A stretch of 64,000 bases of DNA from Dehalococcoidia bacterium (GCA_963662615.2 CAXXSR010000001.1:800001-864000), one strand, 5' to 3'; numbered from the stretch's first letter, positions 9,142 to 19,070 are shown. Notes: a model not told the origin generated them from the sequence alone. Numbers and translations are program-made.

Positions 9142-9863
9142 TCCGTTATCTCCAGCGGCAGGCGCCGCTCCACGATGCGAATCGCCGCCGCCACGGCGCC
9201 TTCCAGGTCCAGATCGCTGGTATCCAGGTGCGCCGCTCCCAGGGCGGCGCGCAGTGGTGAGGTGGCGCGCCCCGCGTCAAGGGCGTCGCGACTGTGGAGA
9301 TCCTCCAGCACCTCGCGGTCGCTGACATCGAGACCGCCGGCCCGCATCTCCGCGGCGCGACGCTTGGCCCGCACCTCGGGGCTGGCGTCCAAGTAGATCT
9401 TGACCAGGGCGTCCGGCGCCACCACGGTGCCAATGTCCCGGCCCACCATGACCATGCGCCCGCGCCGCACGATCTCCCGCTGTGCCGCCACCATGCGTTC
9501 GCGCACGCCGGGCACCGCGGCCACGGCCGACACGCTCACTTCAACCCGCTTCTCTCGCAGGTGCGGCGTGGCGTCCGCCCCATCTATGTAGATCGCAGCC
9601 GTCTCGGCGCTGCCCGGTTGCGGCGGCTCCACGCGGAGTTCCACGCTCTGGGCGAGATCCGTGAGCCGCTTGGGGTCATCCAGCGGTGTGGCCCGCTCCA
9701 GCGCCGTCCGGGTCAGCGCCCGATACATGATGCCGGTATCGAGCATGGCCCAGCCGAGCCGCGTGGCGATAGCCCGGCCCACGACCGTCTTGCCCGATGC
9801 CACCGGCCCATCGACGGCGATCACCAACAGCCGCTCGTCTGACCGGGGGCCGTCGTTCGACAT
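9129..9863 (-). CDS. cmk: Cytidylate kinase
   Basis: IAVDGPVASGKT, LDTGIMYRA, MVGRDIGTVV, KIYLDAS. Confidence 0.96.
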   Translation of the reverse strand: MSNDGPRSDERLLVIAVDGPVASGKTVVGRAIATRLGWAMLDTGIMYRALTRTALERATPLDDPKRLTDLAQSVELRVEPPQPGSAETAAIYIDGADATPHLREKRVEVSVSAVAAVPGVRERMVAAQREIVRRGRMVMVGRDIGTVVAPDALVKIYLDASPEVRAKRRAAEMRAGGLDVSDREVLEDLHSRDALDAGRATSPLRAALGAAHLDTSDLDLEGAVAAAIRIVERRLPLEITECAP

Positions 9864-9867
9864 CGCA

Positions 9868-9931
9868 GTGATTATACGGGGCCGTGATTATCCGAGCCGG
9901 TGATCGTGCGGAGCGGCGATCATCCGGGGCC
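9868..9931. repeat. Four degenerate 16-bp tandem units at the rluB/cmk junction, containing the rluB stop and a TATAAT -10 box
   Basis: gtgattatacggggcc / gtgattatccgagccg / gtgatcgtgcggagcg / gcgatcatccggggcc at 9868, 9884, 9900, 9916. Confidence 0.7.
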
Positions 9932-10747
9932 CGGCGCGGGGTTCGTGGGCAGGCGTTCGGGGGCGGGCGGTTCGTCGGACGCCGCCCGTCGCAGGAGCCG
10001 GATCTCATGGGCAGTCAAGGCGCGGATCTCCCCGGGCGGCAGATCGCGCAGCAGGATGGGCCCGAAGCGCACCCGGATGAGTCGCACCAGCGGATGGCCA
10101 ATCGCCGCGCACAGCTGCCGCACCTCGCGCTTGTGGCCCCGGTACAGCGTCACGGTCAACCAACTGGTCGCGACCCGTCCCGGCGCGGCGGTCGTCCCCC
10201 GACGTTTGGAGCGCTTCGGCTTCGCCCGTCCAATGGCGCCGTCGGCGAGCGGGACGCCGTCGAAGAGCCGCTGCAGGTCCTGATCCGACGGCCGCCCTTC
10301 GACCTCGACCAGGTACGTCCGTGGCACCGCGTTGCGGGGATGGAGCACGCGGTCAACCAGCGGCCCGTCGTTGGTGAGCAGGACCAGGCCCTCACTGTTG
10401 CGGTCCAGCCGGCCCACGGGGACGCAGCGGCCAGCGTCCGGCGGGAGGAGATCGACGACGGTGGGCCGTCCGCGATCGTCGGCGGCGGTGGTGAGGACGC
10501 CGGGCGGCTTGTGCAGCGCGTAGTAACGCGGCGGCTCGGCGCCCACGGGCTCCCCATCCAGGGAAACAACATCGCGACCGGGCCGCACGGGGTGCGCCGC
10601 GTCGCGAACCAGGTCGCCGTTGACGCGAACCCGCCCGGCGGTGATCAGCTCTGTGGCCCGGCGGCGGGATGCTACCCCGGCCCGCGCCAGCGCCACTTGT
10701 AGCCGTACCGTCTCGTCGGGCGTCCCCTCAGCCTGGGAGGCGGTCAT
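9920..10747 (-). CDS. rluB: RsuA/RluB-family rRNA pseudouridine synthase
   Basis: S4 domain RLQVALARAGVASRRRA, HKPPGV, VGRLDRNSEGL, LIRVRFG. True start ATG 10747 overlaps the upstream TGA; the ORF-track 693-aa version is over-extended. Confidence 0.9.
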   Translation of the reverse strand: MTASQAEGTPDETVRLQVALARAGVASRRRATELITAGRVRVNGDLVRDAAHPVRPGRDVVSLDGEPVGAEPPRYYALHKPPGVLTTAADDRGRPTVVDLLPPDAGRCVPVGRLDRNSEGLVLLTNDGPLVDRVLHPRNAVPRTYLVEVEGRPSDQDLQRLFDGVPLADGAIGRAKPKRSKRRGTTAAPGRVATSWLTVTLYRGHKREVRQLCAAIGHPLVRLIRVRFGPILLRDLPPGEIRALTAHEIRLLRRAASDEPPAPERLPTNPAPGPG

Positions 10748-12048
10748 CGCGGCACCAGCGCCCAGCGGCGCTTCCACACGTACTGGCCGCCTATCGTCAG
10801 GACGGGGATGCCAAGGGCGAGTGCAACCAGCCCCCAGGCGGGAAAGCCGCCAGCATCGCCGCCCTCCCGTATTACGGACGGCGACGTTCCTTGGTCGGCG
10901 ATGGGGTCGATCGCGCCGCTGAGGACGGGCCGCACCGCGCCTCTCCCCGGCGACGGCTCCGCATTGACGACCCAGCCATTGCCGCTCTCCCCCGGCGATT
11001 CCAAACGGAGGGCGATGGAGCGCCCCCGCTCCGGCAGCGGCACCGGCGGGCGGGAATAGTCGACCACGTCCACCTCGCGACCGGCCGGATCGAGGAGTGA
11101 AACAAGGTCGCCGCTGTTCGCCAGGCCGTTGCCCAGCCGCCCGTCCGCCACGATCACCACATTCAGCGCCTCTGGGACGGCCTCCGCCGTCGCCGCAATG
11201 ACGGTGTAGCCCTGCGCCGGCACCGACCCGCCGGGAAGGAGGTCGGAGCCAACGTTGTCCGCCAGGCGCCAGCCCGTGAGATCCACCGGCTCGTTGAGCG
11301 GGTTGAAGATCTCCACCCACTCGAACGCTGCGTCCGCTCCACCCCGCCCGGCGTTGGCGAAGATCTCGCTGATGCGCAGGGGAGCGGGTTCGTCGCGCAG
11401 GGCCGGCAGGGATGGCAGCGCCGCCCCAGGGGTGGGATCGCCGGGGCGGAACTGCTGCGTCCCCGCGTCGAGGCCGAGCGTCTGACCGGCGGCCGGCGCG
11501 GGCAGATCCGTGAACGTGCGATCGTCTCCCCACGAGAGGGCGTCGACGGCGTTGCCGGCCGGGTCGCGGAGCTGCAGCCGGTCGCCGGTGTTCGCTAAGC
11601 CGTTGCCAATGCGGCCGTCCTCGATCACGGTCAGGGCGCTCCCGTCCGGCCTGCCGCCGGGGAAAACGGCGGCGACGTCGGCGTTGGCGATGACGAGCAG
11701 GAACTGTCCCGGCGACAGGTTGAGCGCAGGGAGCGGGTCGGCGCCGTGATTGTCCTCCAGGGTCCAGCCGGCCAGAGAGAGCGTCCGATCGGAGCGGCTC
11801 TGCAGCTCCACCCATTCGAAGCTCGCGTCGCGCGCGCCCTGGCCGCCGTTGACCAGCACCTCGGTGATGACGAGCGGCGCTTCGTCGGACTGCGCCTGCA
11901 TGGTCGAGAGCGGCGCGGCAACGAGCCAGCAGGCGCTCACCAGCGCCGCCGCGGCGAGCAGCGCGCATCGCCGCGACGGTCCGCAGGATCGACGCTTCCA
12001 TCGAGCGTCCGCTTGCCTCGCTATCCCGGCCAACGCCATCCCGGCCAA
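10744..12048 (-). CDS. Secreted, C-terminally anchored protein with two lamin-tail (LTD) domains
   Basis: Signal-like N-terminus; two ITEVLVN/ISEIFAN...FEWVE..N...DL.GW.L.DN...LAN.GD...L.DP.G..VD repeats; C-terminal TM plus KRR. Confidence 0.85.
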   Translation of the reverse strand: MAGMALAGIARQADARWKRRSCGPSRRCALLAAAALVSACWLVAAPLSTMQAQSDEAPLVITEVLVNGGQGARDASFEWVELQSRSDRTLSLAGWTLEDNHGADPLPALNLSPGQFLLVIANADVAAVFPGGRPDGSALTVIEDGRIGNGLANTGDRLQLRDPAGNAVDALSWGDDRTFTDLPAPAAGQTLGLDAGTQQFRPGDPTPGAALPSLPALRDEPAPLRISEIFANAGRGGADAAFEWVEIFNPLNEPVDLTGWRLADNVGSDLLPGGSVPAQGYTVIAATAEAVPEALNVVIVADGRLGNGLANSGDLVSLLDPAGREVDVVDYSRPPVPLPERGRSIALRLESPGESGNGWVVNAEPSPGRGAVRPVLSGAIDPIADQGTSPSVIREGGDAGGFPAWGLVALALGIPVLTIGGQYVWKRRWALVPR

Positions 12049-12173
12049 CCCCCAGCGGTCAGTCTAGGCGCAGGACACGGCGCCTGGCGCTGCGACCGGC
12101 TCTGGGCGCGCGGGTCCTCGACTTGTTGCGCGCAACGAAGGCGGGAGGGGCGGGCGAGGCGGTGCGGGAGACG

Positions 12174-12572
12174 CTACGAGCGCCGGACGATGATGCGTTG
12201 CTCCACAACCACACTATTGGCCGACGCATGATCGTGGAGCGCGCCCTTCCTTGACTGTGCCCCGTTCCGGCGGCGGAGCGCTGCCACGCCCTCATGCAGC
12301 AGGGACCTCGTCCCCGCGCGCAAGGCCCAATCGGCGACTGCGGCGGCGGCGACCACGGCGGCGGCCCGGCGCACGGCCGGCACGTAGGGCGCAAGCTCCG
12401 CGCGCAGGGCGGGGAGCAGGCTCCCTTGCTCGCTCTCGATCTTGGCGACGCGCACGTCCGCTACGACGGCCGGCTCGTCGCTGGTCTCAAGGTGCAGGGA
12501 CCAGCCACAGTCGCGGCAGAAGTTGTCGGACGCCTCAACCGTGCGGTCGCAGCGCGGGCATGTCGTCCTCAT
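12174..12572 (-). CDS. Zinc-ribbon domain hypothetical protein
   Basis: MRTTCPRCDRTVEASDNFCRDCG; TATACT -10 just upstream of the ATG. Confidence 0.75.
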   Translation of the reverse strand: MRTTCPRCDRTVEASDNFCRDCGWSLHLETSDEPAVVADVRVAKIESEQGSLLPALRAELAPYVPAVRRAAAVVAAAAVADWALRAGTRSLLHEGVAALRRRNGAQSRKGALHDHASANSVVVEQRIIVRRS

Positions 12573-12613
12573 TGCGCACGCCAGTATAGGGCGCGCTCGC
12601 GAGCCCCGACGTG

Positions 12614-13399
12614 TCAGCTCGGGACTGCAACCAGCGCCGTCTCCACCGCTGCGGTGAGGTCCAGGCTCGGCCCTTGCGCGTCGGGCACAGGCATGACGAT
12701 GCGTCCTGCCGCGAGCGCCTGTAGCGAGGCGAGAAGAAAGAGCGGCTCTCGCTTCACTCCGGCAGCGCGGATCGCTTGGAACAGCGGCTCTTCGTCGCTC
12801 GCCGGGCCCCGTCGATCGTCCCAGAGCGCGTCCCAAGCGCCCCCGCGAATCGGGTAACGGCACGAGGTCACCACGGGGCCGCGGTCCAGCGACTCCGTGG
12901 CGCGTTGCGTCATCATGCCGCTGGTGGACGCGCCAACCTCGATCAGGGCCAGGATGACCTCCTGCCAGGCGCCAACGGGGCCGCCCGGCTCGGCGGGATG
13001 GAGGTTGAGGAGGGGAAGTCGCTCGCACAGTTCGCGCGTGGCGATCAGCATGTAGCCCGCCAGCACGCCCACGTTGGGGCTGAAGGGAGCGATCGCCTCC
13101 CAGACGGCGCGGTCGAAGTCGTGCCGCCAAGGCGCTATCGCCTCAGCGGGCAGCGATACCTCGCCGCCGACACGCTTACGCCAAGCGCCGGAGGAGATGG
13201 CGACGAGCGGCACGCCGGCCGCGGTCACCGCGTCCAGGAAGGCGTCGGTATTGGCGGACTGCCCCCGCTCTCGGTTACAAAAGACGACGGCCAGCTCGGC
13301 ATCGAGGCGGCCGGCGGCGATGGCGTCGCGCGCGCCCTCAAAGAGCCCGCGCGAACCCGTCCCTCTGGCGGTGGCGAACCAGGCCAGGCGGAGCGTCAA
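12614..13399 (-). CDS. purN: Phosphoribosylglycinamide formyltransferase (Dehalococcoidia-type)
   Basis: AWFATARGTGSRGL, VFCNRE, LAGYMLI, LNLHPA, LDRGPVV; TTG start overlaps the PHP gene TGA. Confidence 0.85.
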   Translation of the reverse strand: MTLRLAWFATARGTGSRGLFEGARDAIAAGRLDAELAVVFCNRERGQSANTDAFLDAVTAAGVPLVAISSGAWRKRVGGEVSLPAEAIAPWRHDFDRAVWEAIAPFSPNVGVLAGYMLIATRELCERLPLLNLHPAEPGGPVGAWQEVILALIEVGASTSGMMTQRATESLDRGPVVTSCRYPIRGGAWDALWDDRRGPASDEEPLFQAIRAAGVKREPLFLLASLQALAAGRIVMPVPDAQGPSLDLTAAVETALVAVPS

Positions 13400-14082
13400 G
13401 GGCCGCGCCTTCCGGTCTGCCCGGCCGCGCGCGGCCGTTGTCCCAGCGCCCACGCAGCCAGTGCCAGCCCGCTGAGGGGCAGCCACCACGGCGCCGGCGG
13501 GGCCAGATGATAGCGCGCCTGGCGCAGCGCCTGCAGCAACTCGGCCGGCCCGTCGAAGTCGGGCAGCTCGACGTAGGAGCGCCCCAGCTCAGGGGGGGTG
13601 TGGGCGTCGGAGCCGAGCGTACAGGGCAGGTCCTGCTCGGCGGCGTGGAGGCGCGCCTGCCGGTCGAGGCCGGGCCAGAGCATGCGGCCGTTGTAGCCCT
13701 CAATGGCGTCCACGAGGCCGGCGAGGGTGCGCAGCCCCCGGGCTCTCAGTGCGGGTCGAAGGCGGGCGAACGGATGGGGGGCAACCACCAGCCCTCCCTG
13801 CGCGTGGATGCGCTGGGCCGCTTCCACACCGCTGAGCCCTTTCGGGATCGACTCCTCCAGGTACAAGCCCAGCAGCTCGCCGTCCCGGGTGCGCACCTCC
13901 TGCCCGATGATCACGGCAAAGGGCGCCAGGGCGGCCACGGCCCGCGCGCCGTCCACGGTGCCGTGATCGGTCACCGCCACGATGTCCATCCCGCGGGCGA
14001 CGCAGCGCTGAACGAACTGCTCCGGCCTGGTCAGCCCGTCAGGCGAGAAGCGCGTATGCGTATGGAAGTCGGCGCGGGCCAT
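13396..14082 (-). CDS. PHP-domain metal-dependent phosphoesterase
   Basis: ADFHTHT..SPDG, AVTDH, IGQE, PHPF, IEGYN, GSDAH. Confidence 0.92.
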   Translation of the reverse strand: MARADFHTHTRFSPDGLTRPEQFVQRCVARGMDIVAVTDHGTVDGARAVAALAPFAVIIGQEVRTRDGELLGLYLEESIPKGLSGVEAAQRIHAQGGLVVAPHPFARLRPALRARGLRTLAGLVDAIEGYNGRMLWPGLDRQARLHAAEQDLPCTLGSDAHTPPELGRSYVELPDFDGPAELLQALRQARYHLAPPAPWWLPLSGLALAAWALGQRPRAAGQTGRRGP

Positions 14083-14085
14083 CCG

Positions 14086-14340
14086 CTACGCCTCCTCGGC
14101 CTCTTGCAGCTCCTGAATCCGCTGCTCGGCCGTGTCCATCAGCTTCTGGCACTGGGTGGCCAGCCTCACGCCCTCCTCATAGGCGCTCATGGCCTCGTCC
14201 AAGGAGAGGCCGCCGTCCTCCAACCGCTCCACCGTCTCCTCCAGCCGACGCAGCAGCTCCTCATAGGTGGCGCTGCCGTCCGGCTTGGCCTCTGTTTCGC
14301 GATCGGGGCTTTCGCGCTTGGGGCTTTTGCGCTTGGGCAT
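14086..14340 (-). CDS. xseB: Exodeoxyribonuclease VII small subunit
   Basis: YEELLRRLEETVERLEDGGLSLDEAMSAYEEGVRL; follows xseA. Confidence 0.95.
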   Translation of the reverse strand: MPKRKSPKRESPDRETEAKPDGSATYEELLRRLEETVERLEDGGLSLDEAMSAYEEGVRLATQCQKLMDTAEQRIQELQEAEEA

Positions 14341-14353
14341 CCGCTCTCCGCCG

Positions 14354-15658
14354 TCAGCTCAGTTCAACGCTGTGGACGTCCGCCTCGGCGGCGCCGTCGC
14401 TGAAGCGCACACGGACGCGCTCGCCCACCGTGAGCGAGGCCGCGCCGGCAAGGGGCCGTCCCCCTGAATCTTGCACAACGGCGTAGCCCCGTGCCAGCGT
14501 GGCCGCCGGGTCCAGGCTAGCGAGGCGCCCGGCCATCCCCGCCAGCGACGTGCGCCCTGCACCCAGCCGCTGCCGGAGCGCCGCCTCGGCGCGACGGACG
14601 AGGTCGTCCGCGCGCAGGCGCTGCGCGGCCAGGTCCGGCTTGCGCCGCTCGAGCCGGTCGACGAGGTCGGCGAGGTCCGTGCGGTGGTCGCTGGCGCGCT
14701 GTGCGAGGGCGCGCCCCAGCGCCGAGCGGAGTTCGCGCAGGCGCGCTCGCTCCTCGGCCTGGTCGGGCACGATCAGCTCGGCCGCCGCCGAGGGCGTGGG
14801 CGCGCGCAAATCCGCCACGTGATCGGCCAGGGTGGTGTCGGTCTCATGGCCGACCGCGCTCACGACGGGCAGCGCGCTGGCAAAGATGGCGCGGGCCACA
14901 ACCTCTTCGTTGAAGGCCCAGAGGTCCTCCAGGGAGCCGCCGCCGCGGGCCACGAGGATGAGGTCCAGCTCCGGCTCTCCGCCGGCGGCGAGAGCGTTGA
15001 GCCGTTCGATGGCGGCGACGATCGTCGCCGCCGCACCGTCGCCCTGGACACGGCAGGGCGCCAGCAGCAGTCCGGTCAGCGGCCAGCGCCGCTCCATGAC
15101 TGTGCGCACGTCGTGCCAGACCGCCCCCGCCGGCGACGTCGCCACGCCGACCGTCCGCGGGTAGGGCGGCAGCGGCCGCTTGCGGGCGCTCTCGAACAGC
15201 CCTTCGGCTTCCAGCCGGGCCCGCAGGCGTTGAAACTCCGCGTAGAGGACGCCCACGCCTTGCGGCTGGACGGCGTCCACGTAGAGCTGCAAGTCGCCGC
15301 GCTCCGTGTAGAGCGAGACACGGCCGTGCGCCAGCACCTGGTCGCCCGGCTCCACGGCGACGCCCAGGTTCTCGCGGCGGAAAAAGACACAGCGCAGGGC
15401 CCCTTGGGCATCGCCGAGAGTGAAGTAGAGGTGTCCGGCCTGCGAGCGCGAGAGGCTGGTGACCTCGCCGGCTACCCAGAGGTCGCTGACGACCGGATCG
15501 GTTTCAAGCAGCTCACGCAGGTAGGCCGCGACCTGTCCCACGGCGTAGGCGGCGACGCTGGGCGCGTCGTAGGGTGGGGTGGGATCGCGAATCGCTCCCA
15601 GGGGAAGGGGCGGGCTGAGCGCGGGCGCGTCGCCGGCCGGCTCCTCTGCGTCGGACAT
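14354..15658 (-). CDS. xseA: Exodeoxyribonuclease VII large subunit
   Basis: GHLYFTL, VARGGGSLEDLWAFNEE, SAVGHETD, TPSAAAE, TLARGYAVV. Confidence 0.97.
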   Translation of the reverse strand: MSDAEEPAGDAPALSPPLPLGAIRDPTPPYDAPSVAAYAVGQVAAYLRELLETDPVVSDLWVAGEVTSLSRSQAGHLYFTLGDAQGALRCVFFRRENLGVAVEPGDQVLAHGRVSLYTERGDLQLYVDAVQPQGVGVLYAEFQRLRARLEAEGLFESARKRPLPPYPRTVGVATSPAGAVWHDVRTVMERRWPLTGLLLAPCRVQGDGAAATIVAAIERLNALAAGGEPELDLILVARGGGSLEDLWAFNEEVVARAIFASALPVVSAVGHETDTTLADHVADLRAPTPSAAAELIVPDQAEERARLRELRSALGRALAQRASDHRTDLADLVDRLERRKPDLAAQRLRADDLVRRAEAALRQRLGAGRTSLAGMAGRLASLDPAATLARGYAVVQDSGGRPLAGAASLTVGERVRVRFSDGAAEADVHSVELS

Positions 15659-15737
15659 GCCGGCTCCTCTGCGTTGGAGATGGAGGTCCCTCGCCGCCGC
15701 GGACAGCGTAACGTGCCCCGCCGCGGGCCGGGACCGG

Positions 15738-16310
15738 CTACGACGTGGCCGCGACCCGTTCCAGATAGGCGCCGCTGCGCGTGTCCACCTTGAGCAGGTC
15801 GCCCTCTTCCACGAAGAGGGGCACCGTGACGGTCAGCCCAGTCTCCAGCGTGGCCGACTTGCTGGCGCCGGATTGCGTATCGCCCTTCAGCCCCGGCTCC
15901 GTCTGCGCCACGCGAAGGGTGACGGCGGCGGGCAGCTCCACGCCAATGGGCTCTTCCCCGGCGAAAAGGATCTCGGCGTCGCCGTTGGGGGCCAGGTAGG
16001 GCAGCGCCTCCCCCACCTGCTCTCCGCTGAGCGGCGTCTGCTCGTAGGTTTCGGTGTTCATGAAGTAGTGGAGGTCGGCGTCGGCGTAAAGGTACTGCAT
16101 GGGCTGGCGTTCCATGCGGATGCGCTGAAACTTACTGCCGGCCTGAAACGTCTTCTCCAGGGTGTGGCCGCCGCGGAGGTCGCGCAGCTTGAGCCGGACC
16201 TGGGCGGAGCCGCGTCCGACCTTGATGTGTTCCCAGTCCGTGATCTGATAGAGGCCGCCGTCCATCTCAATCACGACGCCCTTCTTCAGCTCTCCCGCCG
16301 AGATCACCAC
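15738..16310 (-). CDS. efp: Translation elongation factor P
   Basis: HIKVGRGSAQVR loop, FMNTETYEQ, PGLKGDT, ATLETG, VPLFVEEGD. Confidence 0.97.
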   Translation of the reverse strand: MVISAGELKKGVVIEMDGGLYQITDWEHIKVGRGSAQVRLKLRDLRGGHTLEKTFQAGSKFQRIRMERQPMQYLYADADLHYFMNTETYEQTPLSGEQVGEALPYLAPNGDAEILFAGEEPIGVELPAAVTLRVAQTEPGLKGDTQSGASKSATLETGLTVTVPLFVEEGDLLKVDTRSGAYLERVAATS

Positions 16311-16333
16311 GTCTCCGCTCCGCTCCTGCCCGC

Positions 16334-17437
16334 CTAGTTGCCGACCATCCGCAGCTTCGGCGCGGTGGTGAAGGGGCGAAAGAGGCCGCCCTCCATGATC
16401 CCCATGTCCTCAATGCGGACGCCGCCCCAGCCGGGCAGGTAGATGCCGGGTTCAACGGTGATGATCATGCCGTCTTGGAGCGTGTCCTCAGACGATTTCC
16501 CGACGCGCGGGCTCTCGTGGATCTCCAAGCCGACGCCGTGGCCGAGGCCGTGGCCGAAGCGCTCCCCGTAGCCCGCCTTGGCGATGACGTCATGGGCGAT
16601 CTGATGGGCGGCGGCGCCGGACATGCCGCTCTCGATCGTCGCCTCGGCGGTCTCCTGCGCCGTCAGGACGATGTCGTAGATCTCTGCGAAGCGGCCGTCC
16701 GGCTGGCCCAGCACGATGGTCCGCGTCATGTCCGAGCAGTAGCCGTCCACGACCACGCCCATGTCGATGACGATGGGCTGCCCGGCGTCGATCGCGACGT
16801 CGCGGGGGTGGCAGTGCGGCATGGCGCCCCAGGGCCCGGCTCCCACGATGGTGGGGAACGACATGGCCTCAGCCCCGTGCTCGCGCGCGTAACGCTCCAT
16901 CTCCCAGGCGAGCTGCGTCTCGGTCCAGCCCGGCTCCAGTCGCGACACCACGTCCTGGAAGGCCTGGTCGGCCAGGCGCACGGCGCGCTCCAGGGCGGCG
17001 CTCTCGGCCGCGTCCTTGACGCTGCGGAGACGCTCCACCAGCCCCTCGGTTTGGACGAGACCGGGGCGCCGCTGCGGCGGCATCTCGCTAATGACCCGGC
17101 GAAACTGCTTGTGGCGACCCACGGAGAGGTCGGCCGCTTCGAAGCCCAGCTTCTTGCCGCCGAGCCCGTCGCCGCCTCCCAGCTCCAGGAGCCGTGGGAG
17201 CCACTCCGCCAGGCTGCCCTCTTGTTTGCAGAGGGCGAAGTCCGGCGCTTGGCTCTCAGCCTGTTCCCAGTAGCGGAAATCGGTGGCCAGGCCGGCGCCG
17301 GCGTCGCTGATCAGCAGCGACCCGGCCGAACCCGCGAAGCCGCTCAGGTAGCGGCGGTTGTGGGCGTTGGTCACGAGGAGGGCGTCCAGGCTCTCCTCGC
17401 GGAGCAGCTGGCGCAGTCGATCGATGCGGTCAGACAC
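16334..17437 (-). CDS. Xaa-Pro aminopeptidase (M24B)
   Basis: YLSGFAGS, IDMG...YCSDMTRT, HGLGHGVGLEIHE, TVEPGIY, GGVRIED. Confidence 0.95.
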   Translation of the reverse strand: MSDRIDRLRQLLREESLDALLVTNAHNRRYLSGFAGSAGSLLISDAGAGLATDFRYWEQAESQAPDFALCKQEGSLAEWLPRLLELGGGDGLGGKKLGFEAADLSVGRHKQFRRVISEMPPQRRPGLVQTEGLVERLRSVKDAAESAALERAVRLADQAFQDVVSRLEPGWTETQLAWEMERYAREHGAEAMSFPTIVGAGPWGAMPHCHPRDVAIDAGQPIVIDMGVVVDGYCSDMTRTIVLGQPDGRFAEIYDIVLTAQETAEATIESGMSGAAAHQIAHDVIAKAGYGERFGHGLGHGVGLEIHESPRVGKSSEDTLQDGMIITVEPGIYLPGWGGVRIEDMGIMEGGLFRPFTTAPKLRMVGN

Positions 17438-17508
17438 CGTGCTTCCTCGCAGCTTTCCCCCGCGGCGCAGTGCCAGAGGCCGGGCGGCGAGCCCGCCCGC
17501 GCCCGTGG

Positions 17509-17955
17509 CTAGGTCGCCTTCTTCCCGTCCTGCAGCATGGAGACCAGGCCATCCAGCGCCGCGACGTACCCGCGCCAGCCCAGGCCGCTGACGACGCCCT
17601 GCACCACCGGCGCCGTGACGGAGCGCCGCCGGAACGATTCGCGGGCAGCGATGTTGGTGAGGTGCACTTCCACCTTCAAGCCGGGAAAATCCGCCAGGGC
17701 GTCACGGAGCGCGAAGCCGGTATGCGCCAGCGCGCCCGGATTGATGATCAGCCCCTCGGCGCTGCTCTCCTGCTGGATGAAATCGATGATCGCGCCTTCA
17801 TGGTTGGACTGATACGGCCGGATATCCACCTTCCACTCTTCGGCGCGGCTTTGGACCCGCGCTTCAATCCAGGCCAGGGTCTCGGCGCCGTACAGCTCCG
17901 GGTTGCGCTGGCCGAGGAGATTGAGATTGGGGCCGGAGATGAGCAGGATCTTCAT
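17509..17955 (-). CDS. aroQ: Type II 3-dehydroquinate dehydratase
   Basis: GPNLNLLGQRNPELYG, QSNHEG, INPGAL, VEVHLTN. Confidence 0.97.
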   Translation of the reverse strand: MKILLISGPNLNLLGQRNPELYGAETLAWIEARVQSRAEEWKVDIRPYQSNHEGAIIDFIQQESSAEGLIINPGALAHTGFALRDALADFPGLKVEVHLTNIAARESFRRRSVTAPVVQGVVSGLGWRGYVAALDGLVSMLQDGKKAT

Positions 17956-17985
17956 GCGCGCGCGCCACTCCTCCTGCCGCGGGCG

Positions 17986-18969
17986 TTAGCCGACCCGATC
18001 CCGCAGCCGTCGCCGCCGCGCTCGCCGCGCTTCACCCGCGAGGAGCTGGGCGCTGATTCCATCCAGCGAGGCCTCAACAGCAACCCGCTTCGCCGACTCC
18101 GTCACGTGCGTGTAGATCTGAGTCGTGGCCACGCTGGCGTGGCCCAGCAGCTCCTGGACAACTCTGATGTCCGCACCGCCTTCGAGCATATGAGTGGCAA
18201 ATGAATGCCGCAACAGATGCGGGTGAACCGGCTGGGCCAAGCCCGCGGCGACTGCATAGCGGCCTACGGCCAACTGCACGGCGCGGGCCGAGAGCCGTCC
18301 CCCGAAGCGGTTGAGCCACAGCCAATCCCCGCTCGCCTCCGAGAGGAGCGCCCCGCGGCCGTGCTCCAGGTAATCCTCCAGCGCGAGCAGCGCGTGCTCC
18401 CCCAAGAGGGCCACGCGCTCCCGCGAGCCTTTGGCCCACACCCGCAGGACGGCGCTCTCCCAGTCTATTGACGCCTGCTGGAGCGTCACCAGCTCGCTCA
18501 CGCGCAAGCCTGACCCGTACAGCACCTCCAGGACGGCGCGGTCGCGCAGGCCAGCGGCGGTGTTCAGGTCCGGCGCGGCGATCAGCGCCTCCACCTCGCG
18601 CACGCTCAGGAACGTGGGCAGATGCAGGGGGATCTTCGGCGTCCCGGCCAGTTTGAGCGGATTGGTGGGCAGCACCCCCTGCCCAAAGAGGTGCTTGAAG
18701 AACGACTTGATCGTGCTGCCGCGGCGCCGCACGCTGCCGGGGGCCATGCCGTCACGCTGGAGCGTGCTGAGGTAGTTGCGATAGACGGCGCGGGTGACGC
18801 CCGTCAGCGCGATGCCCTGCTCCTGCAGGTAGATGAGGTAAGGGGTCAGATCGGCGCGGTAGTTGCGCAGCGTGTGCGGGGAGAGGTTCCGTTCCCTGCG
18901 CAGGAGCTCCAGGTAGCGCTCCAGGTCGTCGGCTCCGGCGACGAGCGTCTCGTGGGAATCCGTGATCAC
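17986..18969 (-). CDS. xerC: Tyrosine recombinase XerC/XerD
   Basis: LRDRAVLEVLYGSGLRVSE, HPHLLRHSFATH, LLGHASVATTQIYTHV; housekeeping dprA-topA-xerC context. Confidence 0.88.
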   Translation of the reverse strand: MITDSHETLVAGADDLERYLELLRRERNLSPHTLRNYRADLTPYLIYLQEQGIALTGVTRAVYRNYLSTLQRDGMAPGSVRRRGSTIKSFFKHLFGQGVLPTNPLKLAGTPKIPLHLPTFLSVREVEALIAAPDLNTAAGLRDRAVLEVLYGSGLRVSELVTLQQASIDWESAVLRVWAKGSRERVALLGEHALLALEDYLEHGRGALLSEASGDWLWLNRFGGRLSARAVQLAVGRYAVAAGLAQPVHPHLLRHSFATHMLEGGADIRVVQELLGHASVATTQIYTHVTESAKRVAVEASLDGISAQLLAGEARRARRRRLRDRVG

Positions 18970-19070
18970 GTGCGCCTACAGGCGGACACCCTCGCCACCA
19001 ACCCGGAGGGCCACTCTAACGGGCGAGCGGTTTGGAGCAATCGGGGCGGGCCGGCGCGGTAAAGCGGACG

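Noticed and set aside
17986-18969. Tyrosine recombinase as the integrase of a mobile element
   Set aside because: XerC/D-type sequence in the conserved dprA-topA-xerC context, host-like GC, no att sites or cargo.
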